A DNA stretch of 64,000 nt. It comes from Auanema rhodensis (lineage: Eukaryota; Animalia; Nematoda). Below, piece after piece: positions 1-10,947 of the stretch (position 1 is its first letter; the number at the start of each line of letters is the position of its first letter). Under the pieces are notes generated by a model that saw only the letters and a list, made by a program, of their open reading frames with translations, ran no database searches and was not told where the DNA came from. Made by a program: the position numbers and the translations under genes. The DNA is taken from positions 24,862,001 through 24,926,000 of the forward strand of contig OZ059900.1 in NCBI GenBank assembly GCA_964057225.1, written 5' to 3'.

Positions 1-181
1 ATGCTAATTTCCTTAATTTTCTAACACCCTGTTTTTTTGTCGTGAAAGAGGAACTAGACGTTGTACAAACAATTTTGAGCTAGGTTTCATTGACATTGCA
101 TGAGTTTGAACACATGAAATCGTAAGTCAAAACCTTGTTTACAACGAAATTTCCAAAAACTGGTTTTCCAGCATAATAAAA

Positions 182-199
182 TATTTCTCATGAGAAATA
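182..199. other. 18 bp perfect palindrome TATTTCTCATGAGAAATA (one-mismatch version in most monomers)
   Basis: Read directly from the sequence. It is perfect in monomers with CATGAGAAAT; the majority allele CATGGGAAAT has a single T/G mismatch. Confidence 0.9.
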
Positions 200-343
200 C
201 TGTGTTTTTGTATTTTTCTAGTGTTCAGCATGTAAAATGCTTCATTTTAGTATGTAACACGCTGAAATTCGTGGCATTTGACGACTCATATGAACAAAAA
301 TCGATTTAATCAATATTAGCCATAAGGAGCGTGCCCTCAGAAT

Positions 344-685
344 ATGCTAATTTCCTTAATTTTCTAACCCCTGTTTTTTTGTCGTGAAAGTGGAACTAGA
401 CGTTGTACAAACAATTTTGAGCTAGGTTTCATTAACATTGCATGAGTTTGAACACATGAAATCGTAAGTCAAAACCTTGTTTACAGCGAACTTTCCAAAA
501 ACTGGTTTTCCAGCATAATAAAATATTTCTCATGGGAAAAACTGTGTTTTTGTATTTTTCTAGTGTTCAGCATGTAAAATGCTTCATTTTAGTATGTAAC
601 ACGCTGAAATTCGTTGCATTTGACTACTCATATGAACAAAAATCGATTTAATCAATATTAGCCATAAGGGGCGTGCCCTCAGAAT
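344..685 (+). repeat. Representative 342 bp monomer (phase arbitrary)
   Basis: Runs from ATGCTAAT at 344 to ...CCCTCAGAAT at 685. It contains one ClaI site (ATCGAT) and one NdeI site (CATATG), plus many A/T tracts of 4-7 nt. Confidence 0.97.
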
Positions 686-3600
686 ATGCTAATTTCCTTA
701 ATTTTCTAACACCCTGTTTTTTTGTCGTGAAAGAGGAACTAGACGTTGTACAAACAATTTTGAGCTAGGTTTCATTGACATTGCATGAGTTTGAACACAT
801 GAAATCGTAAGTCAAAACCTTGTTTACAGCGAAATTTCCAAAAACTGGTTTTCCAGCATAATAAAATATTTCTCATGAGAAATACTGTGTTTTTGTATTT
901 TTCTAGTGTTCAGCATGTAAAATGCTTCATTTTAGTATGTAACACGCTGAAATTCGTGGCATTTGACGACTCATATGAACAAAAATCGATTTAATCAATA
1001 TTAGCCATAAGGAGCGTGCCCTCAGAATATGCTAATTTCCTTAATTTTCTAACCCCTGTTTTTTTGTCGTGAAAGAGGAACTAGACGTTGTACAAACAAT
1101 TTTGAGCTAGGTTTCATTGACATTGCATGAGTTTGAACACATGAAATCGTAAGTCAAAACCTTGTTTACAGCGAAATTTCCAAAAACTGGTTTTCCAGCA
1201 TAATAAAATATTTCTCATGAGAAATACTGTGTTTTTGTATTTTTCTAGTGTTCAGCATGTAAAATGCTTCATTTTAGTATGTAACACGCTGAAATTCGTG
1301 GCATTTGACGACTCATATGAACAAAAATCGATTTAATCAATATTAGCCATAAGGAGCGTGCCCTCAGAATATGCTAATTTCCTTAATTTTCTAACCCCTG
1401 TTTTTTTGTCGTGAAAGTGGAACTAGACGTTGTACAAACAATTTTGAGCTAGGTTTCATTGACATTGCATGAGTTTGAACACATGAAATCGTAAGTCAAA
1501 ACCTTGTTTACAGCGAAATTTCCAAAAACTGGTTTTCCAGCATAATAAAATATTTCTCATGGGAAAAACTGTGTTTTTGTATTTTTCTAGTGTTCAGCAT
1601 GTAAAATGCTTCATTTTAGTATGTAACACGCTGAAATTCGTTGCATTTGACTACTCATATGAACAAAAATCGATTTAATCAATATTAGCCATAAGGGGCG
1701 TGCCCTCAGAATATGCTAATTTCCTTAATTTTCTAACACCCTGTTTTTTTGTCGTGAAAGAGGAACTAGACGTTGTACAAACAATTTTGAGCTAGGTTTC
1801 ATTGACATTGCATGAGTTTGAACACATGAAATCGTAAGTCAAAACCTTGTTTACAGCGAAATTTCCAAAAACTGGTTTTCCAGCATAATAAAATATTTCT
1901 CATGAGAAATACTGTGTTTTTGTATTTTTCTAGTGTTCAGCATGTAAAATGCTTCATTTTAGTATGTAACACGCTGAAATTCGTGGCATTTGACGACTCA
2001 TATGAACAAAAATCGATTTAATCAATATTAGCCATAAGGAGCGTGCCCTCAGAATATGCTAATTTCCTTAATTTTCTAACCCCTGTTTTTTTGTCGTGAA
2101 AGTGGAACTAGACGTTGTACAAACAATTTTGAGCTAGGTTTCATTGACATTGCATGAGTTTGAACACATGAAATCGTAAGTCAAAACCTTGTTTACAGCG
2201 AAATTTCCAAAAACTGGTTTTCCAGCATAATAAAATATTTCTCATGGGAAAAACTGTGTTTTTGTATTTTTCTAGTGTTCAGCATGTAAAATGCTTCATT
2301 TTAGTATGTAACACGCTGAAATTCGTTGCATTTGACTACTCATATGAACAAAAATCGATTTAATCAATATTAGCCATAAGGGGCGTGCCCTCAGAATATG
2401 CTAATTTCCTTAATTTTCTAACACCCTGTTTTTTTGTCGTGAAAGAGGAACTAGACGTTGTACAAACAATTTTGAGCTAGGTTTCATTGACATTGCATGA
2501 GTTTGAACACATGAAATCGTAAGTCAAAACCTTGTTTACAGCGAAATTTCCAAAAACTGGTTTTCCAGCATAATAAAATATTTCTCATGAGAAATACTGT
2601 GTTTTTGTATTTTTCTAGTGTTCAGCATGTAAAATGCTTCATTTTAGTATGTAACACGCTGAAATTCGTGGCATTTGACGACTCATATGAACAAAAATCG
2701 ATTTAATCAATATTAGCCATAAGGAGCGTGCCCTCAGAATATGCTAATTTCCTTAATTTTCTAACCCCTGTTTTTTTGTCGTGAAAGTGGAACTAGACGT
2801 TGTACAAACAATTTTGAGCTAGGTTTCATTGACATTGCATGAGTTTGAACACATGAAATCGTAAGTCAAAACCTTGTTTACAGCGAAATTTCCAAAAACT
2901 GGTTTTCCAGCATAATAAAATATTTCTCATGGGAAAAACTGTGTTTTTGTATTTTTCTAGTGTTCAGCATGTAAAATGCTTTATTTTAGTATGTAACACG
3001 CTGAAATTCGTTGCATTTGACTACTCATATGAACAAAAATCGATTTAATCAATATTAGCCATAAGGGGCGTGCCCTCAGAATATGCTAATCTCCTAAATT
3101 TTCTAACCCCTGTTTTTTTGTCGTGAAAGTGGAACTAGACGTTGTACAAACAATTTTGAGCTAGGTTTCATTGACATTGCATGAGTTTGAACACATGAAA
3201 TCGTAAGTCAAAACCTTGTTTACAGCGAAATTTCCAAAAACTGGTTTTCCAGCATAATAAAATATTTCTCATGGGAAATACTGTGTTTTTGTATTTTTCT
3301 AGTGTTCAGCATGTAAAATACTTCATTTAAGTATGTAACACGCTGAAATTCGTTGCATTTGACGACTCATATGAACAAAAATCGATTTAATCAATATTAG
3401 CCATAAGGAGCGTGCCCTCAGAATATGCTAATTTCCTTAATTTTCTAACCCCTGTTTTTTTGTCGTGAAAGTGGAACTAGACGTTGTACAAACAGTTTTG
3501 AGCTAGGTTTCATTGACATTGCATGAGTTTGAACACATGAAATCGTAAGTCAAAACCTTGTTTACAGCGAAATTTCCAAAAACTGGTTTTCCAGCATAAT

Positions 3601-5135
3601 AAAATATTTCTCATGGGAAAAACTGTGTTTTTGTATTTTTCTAGTGTTCAGCATGTAAAATGCTTCATTTTAGTATGTAACACGCTGAAATTCGTGGCAT
3701 TTGACGACTCATATGAACAAAAATCGATTTAATCAATATTAGCCATAAGGAGCGTGCCCTCAGAATATGCTAATTTCCTTAATTTTCTAACCCCTGTTTT
3801 TTTGTCGTGAAAGTGGAACTAGACGTTGTACAAACAATTTTGAGCTAGGTTTCATTGACATTGCATGAGTTTGAACACATGAAATCGTAAGTCAAAACCT
3901 TGTTTACAGCGAAATTTCCAAAAACTGGTTTTCCAGCATAATAAAATATTTCTCATGGGAAAAACTGTGTTTTTGTATTTTTCTAGTGTTCAGCATGTAA
4001 AATGCTTCATTTTAGTATGTAACACGCTGAAATTCGTTGCATTTGACTACTCATATGAACAAAAATCGATTTAATCAATATTAGCCATAAGGGGCGTGCC
4101 CTCAGAATATGCTAATTTCCTTAATTTTCTAACACCCTGTTTTTTTGTCGTGAAAGAGGAACTAGACGTTGTACAAACAATTTTGAGCTAGGTTTCATTG
4201 ACATTGCATGAGTTTGAACACATGAAATCGTAAGTCAAAACCTTGTTTACAGCGAAATTTCCAAAAACTGGTTTTCCAGCATAATAAAATATTTCTCATG
4301 AGAAATACTGTGTTTTTGTATTTTTCTAGTGTTCAGCATGTAAAATGCTTCATTTTAGTATGTAACACGCTGAAATTCGTGGCATTTGACGACTCATATG
4401 AACAAAAATCGATTTAATCAATATTAGCCATAAGGAGCGTGCCCTCAGAATATGCTAATTTCCTTAATTTTCTAACCCCTGTTTTTTTGTCGTGAAAGTG
4501 GAACTAGACGTTGTACAAACAATTTTGAGCTAGGTTTCATTGACATTGCATGAGTTTGAACACATGAAATCGTAAGTCAAAACCTTGTTTACAGCGAAAT
4601 TTCCAAAAACTGGTTTTCCAGCATAATAAAATATTTCTCATGGGAAAAACTGTGTTTTTGTATTTTTCTAGTGTTCAGCATGTAAAATGCTTCATTTTAG
4701 TATGTAACACGCTGAAATTCGTTGCATTTGACTACTCATATGAAGAAAAATCGATTTAATCAATATTAGCCATAAGGGGCGTGCCCTCAGAATATGCTAA
4801 TTTCCTTAATTTTCTAACCCCTGTTTTTTTGTCGTGAAAGTGGAACTAGACGTTGTACAAACAATTTTGAGCTAGGTTTCATTGACATTGCATGAGTTTG
4901 AACACATGAAATCGTAAGTCAAAACCTTGTTTACAGCGAAATTTCCAAAAACTGGTTTTCCAGCATAATAAAATATTTCTCATGGGAAATACTGTGTTTT
5001 TGTATTTTTCTAGTGTTCAGCATGTAAAATACTTCATTTAAGTATGTAACACGCTGAAATTCGTTGCATTTGACGACTCATATGAACAGAAATCGATTTA
5101 TTCAATATTAGCCATAAGGGGCGTGCCCTCAGAAT

Positions 5136-8100
5136 ATGCTAATCTCCTAAATTTTCTAACCCCTGTTTTTTTGTCGTGAAAGTGGAACTAGACGTTGTAC
5201 AAACAATTTTGAGCTAGGTTTCATTGACATTGCATGAGTTTGAACACATGAAATCGTAAGTCAAAACCTTGTTTACAGCGAAATTTCCAAAAACTGGTTT
5301 TCCAGCATAATAAAATATTTCTCATGGGAAAAACTGTGTTTTTGTATTTTTCTAGTGTTCAGCATGTAAAATGCTTCATTTTAGTATGTAACACGCTGAA
5401 ATTCGTTGCATTTGACTACTCATATGAACAAAAATCGATTTAATCAATATTAGCCATAAGGGGCGTGCCCTCAGAATATGCTAATTTCCTTAATTTTCTA
5501 ACCCCTGTTTTTTTGTCGTGAAAGTGGAACTAGACGTTGTACAAACAATTTTGAGCTAGGTTTCATTGACATTGCATGAGTTTGAACACATGAAATCGTA
5601 AGTCAAAACCTTGTTTACAGCGAAATTTCCAAAAACTGGTTTTCCAGCATAATAAAATATTTCTCATGGGAAATACTGTGTTTTTGTATTTTTCTAGTGT
5701 TCAGCATGTAAAATACTTCATTTAAGTATGTAACACGCTGAAATTCGTTGCATTTGACGACTCATATGAACAGAAATCGATTTATTCAATATTAGCCATA
5801 AGGGGCGTGCCCTCAGAATATGCTAATCTCCTAAATTTTCTAACCCCTGTTTTTTTGTCGTGAAAGTGGAACTAGACGTTGTACAAACAATTTTGAGCTA
5901 GGTTTCATTGACATTGCATGAGTTTGAACACATGAAATCGTAAGTCAAAACCTTGTTTACAGCGAAATTTCCAAAAACTGGTTTTCCAGCATAATAAAAT
6001 ATTTCTCATGGGAAATACTGTGTTTTTGTATTTTTCTAGTGTTCAGCATGTAAAATACTTCATTTAAGTATGTAACACGCTGAAATTCGTTGCATTTGAC
6101 GACTCATATGAACAAAAATCGATTTAATCAATATTAGCCATAAGGAGCGTGCCCTCAGAATATGCTAATTTCCTTAATTTTCTAACCCCTGTTTTTTTGT
6201 CGTGAAAGTGGAACTAGACGTTGTACAAACAGTTTTGAGCTAGGTTTCATTGACATTGCATGAGTTTGAACACATGAAATCGTAAGTCAAAACCTTGTTT
6301 ACAGCGAAATTTCCAAAAACTGGTTTTCCAGCATAATAAAATATTTCTCATGAGAAATACTGTGTTTTTGTATTTTTCTAGTGTTCAGCATGTAAAATAC
6401 TTCATTTTAGTATGTAACACGCTGAAATTCGTTGCATTTGACGACTCATATGAACAAAAATCGATTTAATCAATATTAGCCATAAGGGGCGTGCCCTCAG
6501 AATATGCTAATTTCCTAAATTTTCTAACCCCTGTTTTTTGTCGTGAAAGTGGAACTAGACGTTGTAGGAACAATTTTGAGCTAGTTTTCATTGACATTGC
6601 ATGAGTTTGAACACATGAAATCGTAAGTCAAAACCTTGTTTACAGCGAAATTTCCAAAAACTGGTTTTCCAGCATAATAAAATATTTCTCTTGGGAAATA
6701 CTGTGTTTTTGTATTTTTCTAGTGTTCAGCATGTAAAATACTTCATTTAAGTATGTAACACGCTGAAATTCGTTGCATTTGACGACTCATATGAACAAAA
6801 ATCGATTTAATCAATATTAGCCATAAGGGGCGTGCCCTCAGAATATGCTAATTCCCTTAATTTTCTAACCCCTGTTTTTTTGTCGTGAAAGTAGAACTAG
6901 ACGTTGTACGAACAATTTTGAGCTAGGTTTCATTGACATTGCATGAGTTTGAACACATGAAATCGTAAGTCAAAACCTTATTTACAGCGAAATTTCCAAA
7001 AACTGGTTTTCCAGCATAATAAAATATTTCTCATGGGAAATACTTTGTTTTTGTATTTTTCTAGTGTTCAGCATGTAAAATGCTTCATTTTAGTATGTAA
7101 CACGCTGAAATTCGTTGCATTTGACGACTCATATGAACAAAAATCGATTTAATCAATATTAGCCATAAGGGGCGTGCCCTCAGAATATGCTGATTTCCTT
7201 AATTTTTTAACCACTGTTTTTTTGTCGTGAAAGTGGAAGTAGACGTTGTACGAACAATTTTGAGCTAGGTTTCATTGACATTGCATGAGTTTGAACACAT
7301 GAAATCGTAAGTCAAAACCTTGTTTACAGCGAAATTTCCAAAAACTGGTTTTCCAGCATAATAAAATATTTCTCATGGGAAATACTGTGTTTTTGTATTT
7401 TTCTAGTGTTCAGCATGTAAAATACTTCATTTAAGTATGTATTACGCTGAAATTCGTTGCATTTGACGACTCATATGAACAAAAATCGATTTAATCAATA
7501 TTAGCCATAAGGGGCGTGCCCTCAGAATATGCTAATTTCCTTAATTTTCTAACCCCTGTTTTTTTGTCGTGAAAGTGGAACTAGACGTTGTACAAACAAT
7601 TTTGAGCTAGGTTTCATTGACATTGCATGAGTTTGAACACATGAAATCGTAAGTCAAAACCTTGTTTACAGCGAAATTTCCAAAAACTGGTTTTCCAGCA
7701 TAATAAAATATTTCTCATGGGAAATACTGTGTTTTTGTATTTTTCTAGTGTTCAGCATGTAAAATACTTCATTTAAGTATGTAACACGCTGAAATTCGTT
7801 GCATTTGACGACTCATATGAACAGAAATCGATTTAATCAATATTAGCCATAAGGGGCGTGCCCTCAGAATATGCTAATTTCCTAAATTTTCCAACCCCTG
7901 TTTTTTTGTCGTGAAAGTGGAACTAGACGTTGTACAAACAATTTTGAGCTAGGTTTCATTGACATTGCATGAGTTTGAACACATGAAATCGTAAGTCAAA
8001 ACCTTGTTTACAGCGAAATTTCCAAAAACTGGTTTTCCAGCATAATAAAATATTTCTCATGAGAAATACTGTGTTTTTGTATTTTTCTAGTGTTCAGCAT

Positions 8101-10947
8101 GTAAAATGCTTCATTTTAGTATGTAACACGCTGAAATTCGTGGCATTTGACGACTCATATGAACAAAAATCGATTTAATCAATATTAGCCATAAGGAGCG
8201 TGCCCTCAGAATATGCTAATTTCCTTAATTTTCTAACCCCTGTTTTTTTGTCGTGAAAGTGGAACTAGACGTTGTACAAACAATTTTGAGCTAGGTTTCA
8301 TTGACATTGCATGAGTTTGAACACATGAAATCGTAAGTCAAAACCTTGTTTACAGCGAAATTTCCAAAAACTGGTTTTCCAGCATAATAAAATATTTCTC
8401 ATGGGAAAAACTGTGTTTTTGTATTTTTCTAGTGTTCAGCATGTAAAATGCTTCATTTTAGTATGTAACACGCTGAAATTCGTTGCATTTGACTACTCAT
8501 ATGAACAAAAATCGATTTAATCAATATTAGCCATAAGGGGCGTGCCCTCAGAATATGCTAATTTCCTTAATTTTCTAACCCCTGTTTTTTTGTCGTGAAA
8601 GTGGAACTAGACGTTGTACAAACAATTTTGAGCTAGGTTTCATTGACATTGCATGAGTTTGAACACATGAAATCGTAAGTCAAAACTTTGTTTACAGCGA
8701 AATTTCCAAAAACTGGTTTTCCAGCATAATAAAATATTTCTCATGGGAAATACTGTGTTTTTGTATTTTTCTAGTGTTCAGCATGTAAAATACTTCATTT
8801 AAGTATGTAACACGCTGAAATTCGTTGCATTTGACGACTCATATGAACAGAAATCGATTTATTCAATATTAGCCATAAGGGGCGTGCCCTCAGAATATGC
8901 TAATCTCCTAAATTTTCTAACCCCTGTTTTTTTGTCGTGAAAGTGGAACTAGACGTTGTACAAACAATTTTGAGCTAGGTTTCATTGACATTGCATGAGT
9001 TTGAACACATGAAATCGTAAGTCAAAACCTTGTTTACAGCGAAATTTCCAAAAACTGGTTTTCCAGCATAATAAAATATTTCTCATGGGAAATACTGTGT
9101 TTTTGTATTTTTCTAGTGTTCAGCATGTAAAATACTTCATTTAAGTATGTAACACGCTGAAATTCGTTGCATTTGACGACTCATATGAACAAAAATCGAT
9201 TTAATCAATATTAGCCATAAGGAGCGTGCCCTCAGAATATGCTAATTTCCTTAATTTTCTAACCCCTGTTTTTTTGTCGTGAAAGTGGAACTAGACGTTG
9301 TACAAACAGTTTTGAGCTAGGTTTCATTGACATTGCATGAGTTTGAACACATGAAATCGTAAGTCAAAACCTTGTTTACAGCGAAATTTCCAAAAACTGG
9401 TTTTCCAGCATAATAAAATATTTCTCATGAGAAATACTGTGTTTTTGTATTTTTCTAGTGTTCAGCATGTAAAATACTTCATTTTAGTATGTAACACGCT
9501 GAAATTCGTTGCATTTGACGACTCATATGAACAAAAATCGATTTAATCAATATTAGCCATAAGGGGCGTGCCCTCAGAATATGCTAATTTCCTAAATTTT
9601 CTAACCCCTGTTTTTTGTCGTGAAAGTGGAACTAGACGTTGTAGGAACAATTTTGAGCTAGGTTTCATTGACATTGCATGAGTTTGAACACATGAAATCG
9701 TAAGTCAAAACCTTGTTTACAGCGAAATTTCCAAAAACTGGTTTTCCAGCATAATAAAATATTTCTCTTGGGAAATACTGTGTTTTTGTATTTTTCTAGT
9801 GTTCAGCATGTAAAATACTTCATTTAAGTATGTAACACGCTGAAATTCGTTGCATTTGACGACTCATATGAACAAAAATCGATTTAATCAATATTAGCCA
9901 TAAGGGGCGTGCCCTCAGAATATGCTAATTCCCTTAATTTTCTAACCCCTGTTTTTTTGTCGTGAAAGTAGAACTAGACGTTGTACGAACAATTTTGAGC
10001 TAGGTTTCATTGACATTGCATGAGTTTGAACACATGAAATCGTAAGTCAAAACCTTATTTACAGCGAAATTTCCAAAAACTGGTTTTCCAGCATAATAAA
10101 ATATTTCTCATGGGAAATACTTTGTTTTTGTATTTTTCTAGTGTTCAGCATGTAAAATGCTTCATTTTAGTATGTAACACGCTGAAATTCGTTGCATTTG
10201 ACGACTCATATGAACAAAAATCGATTTAATCAATATTAGCCATAAGGGGCGTGCCCTCAGAATATGCTGATTTCCTTAATTTTTTAACCACTGTTTTTTT
10301 GTCGTGAAAGTGGAAGTAGACGTTGTACGAACAATTTTGAGCTAGGTTTCATTGACATTGCATGAGTTTGAACACATGAAATCGTAAGTCAAAACCTTGT
10401 TTACAGCGAAATTTCCAAAAACTGGTTTTCCAGCATAATAAAATATTTCTCATGGGAAATACTGTGTTTTTGTATTTTTCTAGTGTTCAGCATGTAAAAT
10501 ACTTCATTTAAGTATGTATTACGCTGAAATTCGTTGCATTTGACGACTCATATGAACAAAAATCGATTTAATCAATATTAGCCATAAGGGGCGTGCCCTC
10601 AGAATATGCTAATTTCCTTAATTTTCTAACCCCTGTTTTTTTGTCGTGAAAGTGGAACTAGACGTTGTACAAACAATTTTGAGCTAGGTTTCATTGACAT
10701 TGCATGAGTTTGAACACATGAAATCGTAAGTCAAAACCTTGTTTACAGCGAAATTTCCAAAAACTGGTTTTCCAGCATAATAAAATATTTCTCATGGGAA
10801 ATACTGTGTTTTTGTATTTTTCTAGTGTTCAGCATGTAAAATACTTCATTTAAGTATGTAACACGCTGAAATTCGTTGCATTTGACGACTCATATGAACA
10901 GAAATCGATTTAATCAATATTAGCCATAAGGGGCGTGCCCTCAGAAT
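5136..10947. repeat. Tandem duplication with 9-monomer (3077 bp) period
   Basis: Rare variants recur at +3077: TTATTCA (monomers 5478/8555), CAGTTTT (6162/9239), GTAGG+CTTGGG (6504/9581), GTAGAA (6845/9922) and GCTGAT+GGAAGT+GTATTAC (7187/10264). Confidence 0.9.

Larger units (their letters stand above)
1..4793. repeat. Sub-domain with A/B dimeric higher-order repeat (685 bp period)
   Basis: Type A (343 bp: AACACCC, AAAGAGG, CATGAGA, CGTGG, AGGAGC) at 1, 686, 1713, 2398 and 4109 alternates with type B (GGGAAAAA, GACTAC, AGGGGC) at 344, 1371, 2056, 2741, 3767 and 4452. A few other monomers interrupt the alternation. Confidence 0.85.

Noticed and set aside
90-118. Bacterial sigma70-like promoter (TTGACA, 17 bp, CATGAA or TATGAA)
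   Set aside because: The -10 element is poor, there is no downstream gene, and the context is a eukaryote-type satellite. It is a chance match in AT-rich DNA.
175-180. AATAAA polyadenylation signal in each monomer
   Set aside because: It is expected by chance at about 67% AT, and there is no transcript or gene context.
609-625. CENP-B box-like motif ATTCGTTGCATTTGACT
   Set aside because: It matches TTCG and the central A of NTTCGNNNNANNCGGGN but lacks the essential CGGG (6 of 9 core positions), so it is not supportable as functional.
344-685. Tandem 5S rRNA, tRNA or snRNA gene unit, or human alpha-satellite dimer (2x171)
   Set aside because: I recognise no 5S, tRNA or snRNA sequence or Pol III boxes, and no alpha-satellite sequence. 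Only the length coincides.
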